This document shows positions 33,814-44,606 of a stretch of DNA of 64,000 bases, piece by piece. The notes under the pieces are model-generated. The model was given only the letters and a program-made list of their open reading frames with translations. It searched no databases and had not been told where the DNA came from. Origin of the DNA: Trichinella spiralis (taxonomy: Eukaryota); contig NW_003526943.1 in NCBI RefSeq assembly GCF_000181795.1, forward strand, positions 1,855,647 to 1,919,646, read 5' to 3'. Each line of letters starts with the position of its first letter. Position 1 is the stretch's first letter. Position numbers and translations under genes: made by a program.

Positions 33814-35008
33814 ATGACCAGCCCCCAAGACAAGCAAAGCGCGGATAAAGCCAAATCCGGATCTGGCCAATCGGATGATGCATCATTCGACGCCTTCAAT
33901 GAGGGAAGTGTGTATTCGATGATGTATTCGATGGCAGAAAGTCAGTACGTCGGTAGAGCATCGGCCCAAGCAGGACCGTCCATGTCGAAAGAATTGGAAG
34001 ATGAATTGGTGCAAAAAATGGCAATGTCGAAATTTCAGCAACTGGAAAAAGTGAAACTGACCGGACGTCGTGTGATCCTGATACGGAACGCTGAACGTGT
34101 GGATCGCATCTTTCCGGATTGGATGAATATGGCTTTTGATGCAAATGTAGATGATTATTATTTTGCTTTTGATCAATAATTATAATATTGTAATTTTGCT
34201 TAATGGTTATAGGGCAAATATCAGCCGTATGATTTGAATCAGCCTTTGTCGTTGCCGAATCGAACGGGCAGCTTTCACCAATTTCGTTATGATGCACCAA
34301 TAACAGAATTGGGATGTGTAGTTTCCATGATGATTGGACGTGCGTTGAAATTCAACAGCCAACATCCGCACAAAGTGTTCACTTCACCTGCCCTGCGGTG
34401 CATCCAAAGCTGCAAAAATATTTTGAAAGCAATGGGCAATTCAGAGTTGAAGATGTGCATTGAGCCGGCTTTTTTCGAATGGTTGTCTTGGTATGAGGTG
34501 CTGCCGGATTGGATATCTGAGGACGATTTGATGAAATCCAATTACAAAATTGACAACAATTACAAGCCAATTTTGTCCAGAGAAGAAATTCGCAACCGCA
34601 GAAACGAAAGTCATATTGCATTTTATGACCGATGCATACAGGCTTTCAAGAACATTCTGGAAATAGAAAACAGTATGTATAATATATACAATAATGTGCG
34701 AGGTTCAATTTCATTCACTTGAAATATTATTGAAATGCTTTTTGTTTTGTTTAGAACCGGGCTACATGCTGTTTGTAGTGCATAGTTTGACTGTGGATGC
34801 AATTTCTCGACATTTGAATGCACGCAAAACGGAAACTGTTCTCCAGAGTGATATGCAAATGATTGGTGGAAATTATCCGTATTGTTCAGTTCTCGTATAC
34901 GAAGAGTTAGCTGATAAGACTTGGCGTTTGGTTCCTCGAGCAATGCCGTCGTTGACTTATATGGACTTCACTAGTCGTGTGAATTTTGAATTCGTTCGTC
35001 GCAATTGA
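33814..35008 (+). CDS. Sts/UBASH3 (ecdysteroid-phosphate-phosphatase-like) histidine phosphatase-fold protein, 3 exons; RHGE motif altered to RNAE
   Basis: VILIRNAERVDRIF.DW, YDLNQPLSLPNR, DAPITELG, VFTSPALRCIQS, IEPAFFEW and LFVVHS. Introns at ~34147-34212 and ~34673-34754. Confidence 0.87.
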
Positions 35009-36019
35009 ATTCATTCATTCTTAGATTTCTACTCATTGCATAGTAGTTACTTTGCAGCTCATTTTTTCATCATTTTCAGATTATTATACTATTGATTTTT
35101 TTCATTTAATTCATCTATATATTTATGTGGTTATAATAACAAAATTATTATTTTAATTCATATGTTTGTTCATTAAATAAAATTATTATAATTTATGTGC
35201 TGTGCTTTATAGTTTTGTCGATAAATTTTGTTATAAAGTATCTAATATAAATTTGAAATTTTTGAGTTATAGCTATGCGTTATTATTATTAAGAATATGA
35301 AGTTGAAAAGACTGGCATATGTTTGTTTGAAATCATTCTTTAAAGAAAATTTTTATTTGCACAATTCATTAGTTAATAACTTTTTTAAACTGAGTTAAAC
35401 TTTTTTAAACTAAATTACGGTTTTACTGTATTAAGGTGCTTTTTTATATTAACTAAGAATGCACCGTTTTTTAAAAATTATGTTTTATATTGCAAATTAT
35501 TATGATTGAAAAGTGTATTTATGATTTTTCTTGTTATTTGAGGTTTAAAATTATGACATATGAAAATAATGAGCTGTTCTTTGATTTATACTATTATGTT
35601 AAGCTGCAAAGATTGACTTTTTTCATAATAGGAAGTTAATGTCACGAACGCAAATTTTTGAATAGTTCAAGATATTCTTTCAGTTGCATTTATTTGTCAA
35701 AGCAATAAAATTTTGCGTAGAAACGAAATGCTGTAGAAATTAGATTTTTTTTGCTTTGTAGATTTTTAAATTAAAATAAAATAAAAAATTAATAGGTTGA
35801 ATATATTTATTATTTTAAACGAGTCGTCTTGTTGTTTCTAGAAGACACTGTAAACTGTTGAGATTATTTTCTTTTTTTCAAATTATTGTAATATACTGAA
35901 CAGTAGTTATTCTTCGCTGCTCTCAGAGGACTCAGGTAGCTAAAATTTGAAATACATGCCTCTTAGCAAATAATAGAATAAGATTCAGCATCCTGTATAT
36001 AACTATACTTCAATTTTTA

Positions 36020-37400
36020 ACAGTTCTCATCAGTATAGTACTACTAGATTAGCATTGATTAATAAAAAATTGAAAACTTCTTACTCTCACACTTTTAGCA
36101 AGACAAGGGTTCATGCAGTCTGAGTAGGATGTGTATGCACTAAATGTGTCCTTTCCAGTTTCAATAGACTGTACAATTTTCTGAGTTTGTGAGCTGCAAA
36201 CTTGCTTTTCGCATTGATCTAATTTATCCTGTTGAACTTTCAGAGCATCTCTCTGAAATGAAAGAAGATTATGCAAAACAGTGCAGAATTAATGAAGAAT
36301 ACGCTTACATATCGAGGAAATTGAGAGAGTTTGACGTTCAAAATATCTTGAAAATAAGAATGATTAGTTAATTTTTTAAAATTCACAAATGCATCTTTCC
36401 AGACAACCATCATTTCATTTCTCTTAATTTTCACGGCTTTTGCATTTTCATTCAGCAACCTTTCCGCAGAATTTTTATCGGAATAATGTATTGCTTACTG
36501 CTTATTTAAATTTTTAAAACATTACATGGAGATCTTTTATAAAATTTTTAGTAAATATTTTGAAATTAATTAAATGCATCATTTTCATCAGTTATAATTG
36601 ATACAAAATGCTTTCATTTGCACAGAGCTGTGAATTTTCATTAAAAATCTTTATAATTTCTCACCTAGCTCATTTTTTTATTAAGACTTTAATTTTATCT
36701 TTTTAAAATAATGGTGAACTAAATATATTTTTTCAATGTAATTTTTATATTATTTATCATTTTTTCCAAAAACAAGAAGTGTTACTTACGCTGATCTGCT
36801 GCCCTAAAAGTAAAAATACACAGTAAGCATTACAATTATTATTTGTAAAAAATGAAATTACAATGTAATTTAATTATTTCATAATCATTGTTTGGTTGCA
36901 TTTTTTTAAAGTGAAAACTCGTTGTTGTGAACTTTATATTTAAACTAAAACTGAAAACTCTACTTTTCATTTGTAAAGCAAATTAATGTAATGCATGCTG
37001 TGCACAATGAATGACGACTGTATATTTGAAATTTTGAAACTTTAACTTTTTTAAATATAAATCGTTAACGTTGAAATTCAACCGTATTAAATAAAGTTGG
37101 AAGTGACAGCATTTGACTTACATTACTACCAAAGCCTAAAAAAGAAAAAAGAGAAACATTATTTTCATGATAAAATTTTCTTCAAATGGAAATTTACATA
37201 TAATAAATAAAAGTATATATTAATAATGTACAGGAAATAAGCGGCAAAGTAAAAATAGGAAATCAGTGTGCTAGATTAATTTTAAGCTATTGAACTTGAC
37301 CAGAAATAATTAAAATAAAAAAAATTTTACTTTAGACTTTTCTAAAATATTTCACAAAACTTACGAACAAAGCTGCGAAGCAAATGATAACGGCTTTCAT
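36020..37400 (-). CDS. Small lineage-specific secreted protein with two 14-nt micro-exons (37400-37365, 37135-37122, 36803-36790, 36493 onward); 3' exons partly uncertain
   Basis: The spliced N-terminus reads MKAVIICFAALFALVVMAADQPIHYSDKNSAERLLNENAK, a signal peptide followed by a mature region. The downstream Cys-containing exon reads RDALKVQQDKLDQCEKQVC...SDCMNPCLAK. Confidence 0.7.
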
Positions 37401-38458
37401 GTTTTTATCACTGGTTGATTTTAGTCTGATTTGCTACTTTGCTGCTGCAAATATATAGAAAATTTTTTGTTTGAATTATTCAATCACGCACGTTGAACTA
37501 ATAATAATTTGTTTGTCAGTGTTTTATTAAACAATTTTATCACACAAAGTGGCATACATATATATATACATTACATTTTTGCATTAACTGTTAGGTGAAC
37601 TGTTTACTGTTTTTCTAAGATTAATATTTAAATGTTAAACGTCAATCTGCGAAAGTAAGTAAATCATCATTGTCTGCTAGATCAAATAAAAGATATCTGC
37701 TGAACATGCACATTGAAGTTGATTAAAATACATTAAAAAGAAGTTGTTTTGCATTAAAACAGAGGGCAGGTATTAATTTCGCACAGTCTTAGAAACGGAA
37801 GTATTTTGAATATAAATCAGTTAAATTGTAATACATTATTATAGAATTATACGTATTCTGTTGTTCAGTTTCTCATTTAACTGTATAATATAGCGCATAA
37901 TTGTATCAGCATCACTTTCATGAATGTCTTCAAAGAGACATTTAATAAATGAAAAGCACATTTATTATTTTTTACAGTTAAAAGTTTTATTGATAAAATT
38001 GTTTAAACAAAAAGTTAAATGAATGATGATGATCACACTTTATTCGCTCATTTTCACTGAACGTTCAGTTTTTCTAATCTAGTACTCATAATTTCATTTA
38101 CAGCATTATTGACACTTTGAATATGAGTTTAAAATATTCGTCAATTTTATAAGTGCCCTTATGTTTTTCTATTTTCTTAATGCTTTTGGGTATATTTTGC
38201 CAAGGTTTAGTTCGCATTGTGATATTTTTTAAAAATTATACTTCATCAATGAAATTTAGTAGAAAATATCAGAATCATTCTGTAGGCTGTGTGCATTAAT
38301 TATCGAAAGTTTTTTAATTTCAATGCATAAACAGTTTTAATGATTTTTACTTTTTAGGTATTCATAACTATAAAAGCTACTTATTCATTTAAAAAATTTA
38401 TTTTTCTGGGGAAAACGTCCGTATGAAGCTTCTATTTTTGCATTAAATAAAAATTTCA

Positions 38459-41400
38459 TGACGCCAAACAGATAATTGTACCTGCGTCTCAGATTGACAC
38501 TTTTGTAAAACAAGTGGTGACCAGGTGTGTGGTGAGCGGTCAGCATTGTTTCTGGATTCATTTTCTTTTTTAATCATGCATACACTCTTTTACATTCTTA
38601 TCAACGTAACAAATGAATGCGCTGAATAGTATGAGGTAGATCCAATGCAGCCCCAAAGAGCTCCACAACTGGCGAGCGCTGCAGTATCACCACGTCAGAC
38701 TGGGTCTGACCGCCGGAATTATTGACGAAATCATCTGATGTGGAATCCTGGTTTGCCCACATGGAAATGTACTTCAGAGCCGCAGACGTTCCGTCAGAGC
38801 AGAGGGCAGCTTTGGTGCAGTACTACACGGACGCAGAGGTTCGAAATGCTCTGGCGGCTTGGGAGGTTGACGAACCCGATGATTACGCCTAGGTGAACGA
38901 TGTGCGAGTGTGTCCGAGCGTACGCCGAGCGGTCGTTAGAACGGCTGCTCCCGAAGGCATTCCCCCGCCTGAAGGAGCAGCGGACAGTGTCTTCTTACTG
39001 CAGTTTAAGAGTGGAAGATGCCTAGATGCCGTTAAACTGTTGATTTATCAAGCGATTTGGAATGCTTCGAAAAAGCAGTGGAAATTGCCATACGCGAAGA
39101 ACTGGTGGTGAACTAGATCACCAGGCTCACCGTGAATATATCTTCGGTTCCCACTCCGATGCTGAAACTTCGGTCGGTGAAGACAAGTGAACAAAAGCTG
39201 TGGCGGCAGCGACACAGGAAGCTGCCATTTGAAGCAGAAGAGCAGGAAACGAGGCTGAAAGAACTCCTGACAGAAGAGATCCCTGCGACTACAAGAAAAA
39301 TGGAAGCGCGGCGACGCCGTCGGGCAAGGAGTGGCCACAAAAATTGCTGGAGTTGCGGCGGAGTAGGCCACATTAGCCAGGATTGCGACATGTGCAATGG
39401 GCGTGGACGCGCGAGTGGCGAACTACAGCTACGGTAAGTGATATTGATAGTACCTTACCAGTCGTCGTCATTAAGTCCCCGGTCACTGAGATCTCACAAG
39501 TGGAGGGCTCCGTGGGTAGCCTAAAGTCCGATATGCTAGTGGACACAGGAATCGCGGTGACTCTTGCCGTTATGGAGTTTAACCAGAGTTCTGTGGTCTT
39601 GTGGAACGTTCCTATATCCACGATTGGGTTGGAAGCGGCGAGCGGCACCGAACTAGTCGTTACTAGTGCTTGCGTCATGAAAATCGAGCTCGGTGACTTG
39701 GTATGAGTGCAGCATATTGTTTTGTGAGTGAAAAGTCTTTCCCATCGGATCCTGTTGGGGTGGGATTTCATGCGGTGCCACAGTTGCACCCCAGATCTTC
39801 ACAATGTATGTTTGTTACTTTGTAACTAAACTTTTTATTATTTGCATATGTAATCTATTTGTTATGTTATTGATTTTATTTCTTTAATTAATTTTTATAT
39901 TTAAATGTTAAAGTAATAGCAACACAATTCATTTTTCTTATTGGTACATTTGTTCATTTAATTAAATTATTATGTATAATTACACTAGCCTGCATGGTTT
40001 TAGGGGTCTTCCAAGTATTAGCTGTTTTGGGGTATTTTTAACATGCTGATTTTGAAAATGATATTTATTTTTCCCTATCACATACTGTTTTTTTAACACC
40101 CTGCTACGTTACGTTTTCTACTATTGTACGTATGTAACGCATTGTTTTCTGTTTTAAGAGAGACATACAAGAGGGTGTTTAAGTAGTCTAGATTCATTTT
40201 GTCACATTTGCGGCAGTTTTGTAGTGAAGAGCAAGAGGCATAAAATAGCAGATTTTGTGAAGAAGGCATATTTTGAATACTTTGGTATAAAGCTAGGAGA
40301 TCAAGATAAGTCTTGGGCTAAACATATAAATTGCCATACGTTTTGTGTGAATGGGATTGCTGAGCACGTGATGAACACTGGAAAAAAGACTGGCCATTAC
40401 GAGTCAAAAGAATTTTCCATGAAAGTTTAATTGATCCTGAAAAAGTGCTCCTACCATTACTTCACATGAACTTCATGAAGCAGTTTGTTAAACACTTGGA
40501 TTAAAATGGAACTTGCTTCCAATACCTCTGCACCCAATTTCGTTTTCTGTCAGATGCCAAATTGAAAGAAGGCATATTTGTTGGACCTGACATACAGAAA
40601 TTGATTAAAGACCATATATTTGTAAACACAATGACCAAGTTGAGGAATAAGCATGGATTGCATTTGCTAATGTTGTTTCGGGATTTCTGGGAAACAAGAA
40701 GGACCCGGAATGTAGAAGAATTGTGAATGTTATGCTTGAGAAATTTGAAAAGTTAGAATTTAACATGAGTTTGAGGCTCTACTTTCTGCACTCACATTTA
40801 GATTTCTTTCCACAGAATTTTGGACATGTCAGTGAAGAACAAGATGAACGATTTCATGAAGACATAAAACAAATGGAGCAGAGATATCATGGCGATGGAA
40901 TGTTGCAATGATTTCAGACTCCTCCTAGTGTCTCAAGAGGGAAACAAAACAGAATCGAAAGAAGAGGTCAACGCGGCGGTTGTTTGCTGCCAAAAGGACT
41001 GGATACTCTAATGAAAGACACGCCAACATCAAGTAGAAGTAATTTACTTTATTTTGTGCACATTAAAACTATGTACGCCAGTTTGTGTTGTTCTGTACAG
41101 TGTGCTGTATTGCACAATACGTGGATTCCCACATTCATATTGTGAAATAGCTGTATGCGATGGGTAAAATTCATTAGCATTTTTGAAATCTGCATAGCAA
41201 AATTATTAAAAGTCACTCATAATTTTGTAAACCCTAGAGAAAAAGTTTGCAGGCCTGTGTTATTTGTGTTGAATTTTTTAATTATTATGTTTTTCTAATT
41301 CGGAAATTAATTCAGATTTTTGTGAAATCTCAGAATCATTCTCATGACTGTGTGCATCAGTCGCAAAGCGACTGGAATGGACTTCCGTCTGATTGATGTC

Positions 41401-42006
41401 GTCTGACTGGCCATTCCAAAAAGAGGGAAGCTCAACCTGTATCAGGAGAAGCCATACAAGATAGTGCAGATACTGGGGCCGAAAACGTATCGGGTGCGAG
41501 GAAATCCAGAAGCGCAGGCGCCGTACACTAGTGGTACATTCTGATCGGATGAACAAGTACCACGCACGGAAGAGCGCCGGACAACCCACTGGGAGAGCTT
41601 GGTCCATCTGGTACGGGTCTGGCATTCAGCATTTGCCACAATTGTCGAATGGTGGCGTCTTCAACACATACAGTGCAGAAGTCAGGAGGTCATCTCTCGC
41701 ATGACGCCCCCTGCACACTTTTGGGATTACATCCTCTAAGGAAAAGTTTGGAGCGAACTAGAAGGGGGCAATATGACGACGAAGAGATAATTGTACCTGC
41801 ATATCAGATGGACTCTTTTGTAAAAAAGTTGTGACTCGAATACGGCCGAGTGCAGAAGAGTGGATCAGAAGCATGGTGAGCGGTCGGCATTGCTCCTAGA
41901 TTCCTTTTATTTTATAACAATACACTTATTTATATTGCCATCAACGTAATAAACGAATACGCTTGGCAATATGAGTAGATCCAACGCAGCCCCAATGAAC
42001 GCTACA
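38459..42006 (+). mobile_element. Decayed Ty3/Gypsy LTR retrotransposon; LTRs 38459-38667 and 41774-42006
   Basis: Two homologous TG...CA LTRs, PBS-like TGGCGAG after the 5' LTR and polypurine tract AGAAGGGGG before the 3' LTR. Gag-like SWFAHMEMYFRA, zinc knuckle CWSCGGVGHISQDC, protease LVDTG and integrase C-terminal PYKIVQILGPKTYRV. Many stops and frameshifts; no RT visible. Confidence 0.88.
39983..41259 (+). mobile_element. Chapaev3-type (CMC superfamily) DNA transposon, internally deleted and decayed
   Basis: Termini CACTAGCCTGCA / TGCAGGCCTGTG (10 of 12 match) with a TTA target-site duplication on both sides. Transposase remnants YFGIKLGDQDKSWA, KLKEGIFVGPDI and MSLRLYFLHSHLDFFPQNFGHVSEEQDERFHEDIKQMEQRY. 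Confidence 0.82.
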
Positions 42007-42413
42007 ATACATTTTGTACAAACAAAATAAACCTAACAGAACAATAAATATTCAGCTGAGAAACAAAGGCATGTAATTTAATGAAATTTGTTTTTTATGA
42101 AAAAAATTTTTATTAGAAGAATCTGTGAATGCAATTTCTTTCCAGTACTAGTTTAAAAATAAAATAGTTTTGCAGATAATAGACAGTAAAAATAAGTTGT
42201 TATTGTATTTGTATTCTTTTCTGTTGAGCAGAAAACATAAATTAATTTTCATATGTCCTTAGTGTAGCATGAAAAAGGATAATTGCTTGTACTTTTATAA
42301 AAATTATACCTTTTGGTCATAAAGATACGGTACGTAAAAATAGATATCGGAATTGTTTTCCACTTATTCCATGTATTTATTAGTTATGTGTGTTTCATAG
42401 ATTTTTCCAAGAA

Positions 42414-43169
42414 ATGTGTATTGTAAAAATTATATATATTCTTTTATTTTGTGGATTTTTCACTTATCTGTATTCAAATGAACTAAGTTTGAAAAAAGAT
42501 TTTAAAATTACTGGTGATGGTTTTCATCGACAGCTTTCCAACTTTATTTACTTGAGTAGTATGAACAGATTGGTGAATTGTTCTGTCGTTTATCGAGTAA
42601 CAGTTCCATCTGGAGCCTACTTGGATGTAGATCAGATGCCGGCTTCAATTCGCAACATGTTTTATTCATATAAGCCATTTTTTGTTGAAGCTCCAGCTTG
42701 GACTTCAGTCGATCAAACTGTACTGATAGAAAGTTCTAAGCGTATGTATAATGCATTTATTTTTGAAGATGTGATTGAGTTTCCAATTCATTTTCGTTAC
42801 CAAAAGCCTACAAAAGGCGGTTTAATTGTGAAAGTTCGCTTTTACGCTCCTGATGTTTTGCTGCGATGCTTGGATCCAAAGTTTCTTGATTTACTCAATT
42901 TCACCGGTGGTGCAGATGATTCCAGACTTGTAGAAGCTCCATGTAATTTTTATTACAATTATACCAGTACTTTGCTATGTCTTTATTTACATGTTAAAGA
43001 AAGCAGCGTTTCTTATGCTGATATAGATATTCCTACTCCTGATATTTCTTATAAAGTTCCGGTTACAATTGGTTTAATATTATGTATTATTTACAGTTTT
43101 TGTACGACAGTATATACATTACTGGCATGTTGCTCTGAAACTACAGGGTTTGATAAAAAAAATCAGTAA
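42414..43169 (+). CDS. PIGX: GPI mannosyltransferase I subunit PIG-X (intronless CDS)
   Basis: Signal peptide, GDGFHRQL, VPSGAYLDVDQ, VEAPAW, PIHFRYQKP and a C-terminal transmembrane helix. Confidence 0.88.
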   Translation: MCIVKIIYILLFCGFFTYLYSNELSLKKDFKITGDGFHRQLSNFIYLSSMNRLVNCSVVYRVTVPSGAYLDVDQMPASIRNMFYSYKPFFVEAPAWTSVDQTVLIESSKRMYNAFIFEDVIEFPIHFRYQKPTKGGLIVKVRFYAPDVLLRCLDPKFLDLLNFTGGADDSRLVEAPCNFYYNYTSTLLCLYLHVKESSVSYADIDIPTPDISYKVPVTIGLILCIIYSFCTTVYTLLACCSETTGFDKKNQ

Positions 43170-44606
43170 ATTATGATTTTTTTATTGTCAGCGATTTTCG
43201 GGATGTAATTTTTCGTCATTCAGCAGTTTTGTTGCATCAAAATGATTTTGAAAAGGTTTGATAATTATTTCGAAAGTACAATTTTAAATGTTTGATTATT
43301 TATTGATTTCACACTGTCATAATGATGAGAAACGGTTAATCGTAGTCGCTGGGATTAATATCGACACTTCACCATAAAACAGCGACCCTAATGCAAACAG
43401 TGTTGGGCCTTCTGCAATGGAATCACAGATGAACAAATGAAAAAAATGCTGTGAATTATGCCAGGCGCCGTGCTGCACAGAGCACGTCCACAAAATCTGT
43501 CCCAACTGTTACGACAGGTCCAGCGCCTCTCCATGTAGGTCATTCTCATTTCAATAATCATGTCTGTATTAAAAACTGTTGTTATAATAAAATCTATAAA
43601 CGCTCAAAAGTACAATTTCAGTGAACTGAATGTAATAATAAGATGAAAAACAAGCATTTCATGGTTAAAATCCAAAAGACCCAAAAATTGTAAATCTGTA
43701 CATAATGTGAAAAGACCATCTGAGAGTTAATATGTTATTTATTATAATTTGTTAATTTTAAAATTTCAATTTTCAGTCATTTGGAAATTTATGAGCTCTG
43801 TTTAGGCATGAAACTGCGTTCTGTCAACAGTAAGAATAAGCAGAGAAGAGCATGCGCACAAATACCAAAGCAAGAACGTCCGCTGGTGTATAATTTAAAA
43901 GTTATAACAATTTTTATCTGTATGTTTTTAAATATAATACAAACTATATATATTTGCAGTTTCAAGCAGCATGCGACAAAACATTATGTGAAGGAAGAAA
44001 ATTGTACTTAATTTATAGAAAGTGTACTGTACTACATGGGTGAACTTTTCATCCTTCCATTTGAATAATAGCAATAATAACATGACTGTTTTGCAAAACA
44101 AAAGCAGGTGAATGCAAAATAATTTTAATATATTTAATTAACAACCGTTGCATGAATTTTTGAAAATATTTTTATTACTTTTTCAAGTTATTTGCTCATG
44201 TTTTTTAAATTTATTTCCTGCTTATTTTACGTTTTATGAATGTTTTCTTTTTTTTCAAGATTTTGTACTTATTTAAGTGTCTGAAATGCTGTTGTTAAAG
44301 GATGCCAATTGAACTTGTTCACGAAACTTTTTAAATTTTACATTCAGATTGTTTGCTTTTTATTTATATTGAAAAATTGAAAACATGTAATTGAGCGCGT
44401 TTTCCTCTATGGTAGAAAGATACGATTTTGAATTACATTGGAATAAGTCAATGCATGTGTTCGTTTATTATTAATAAATTTAAGAAATAAATGTATATAT
44501 AGTAGTAATTTTGTGTAATTGATGTTTTTGAAATTTCATTCTAATGGCGTTTATTTTATAGTTTGATTGGATGTGGGTAGTGAATTTTTAGAAAATTTTA
44601 ATTTCA

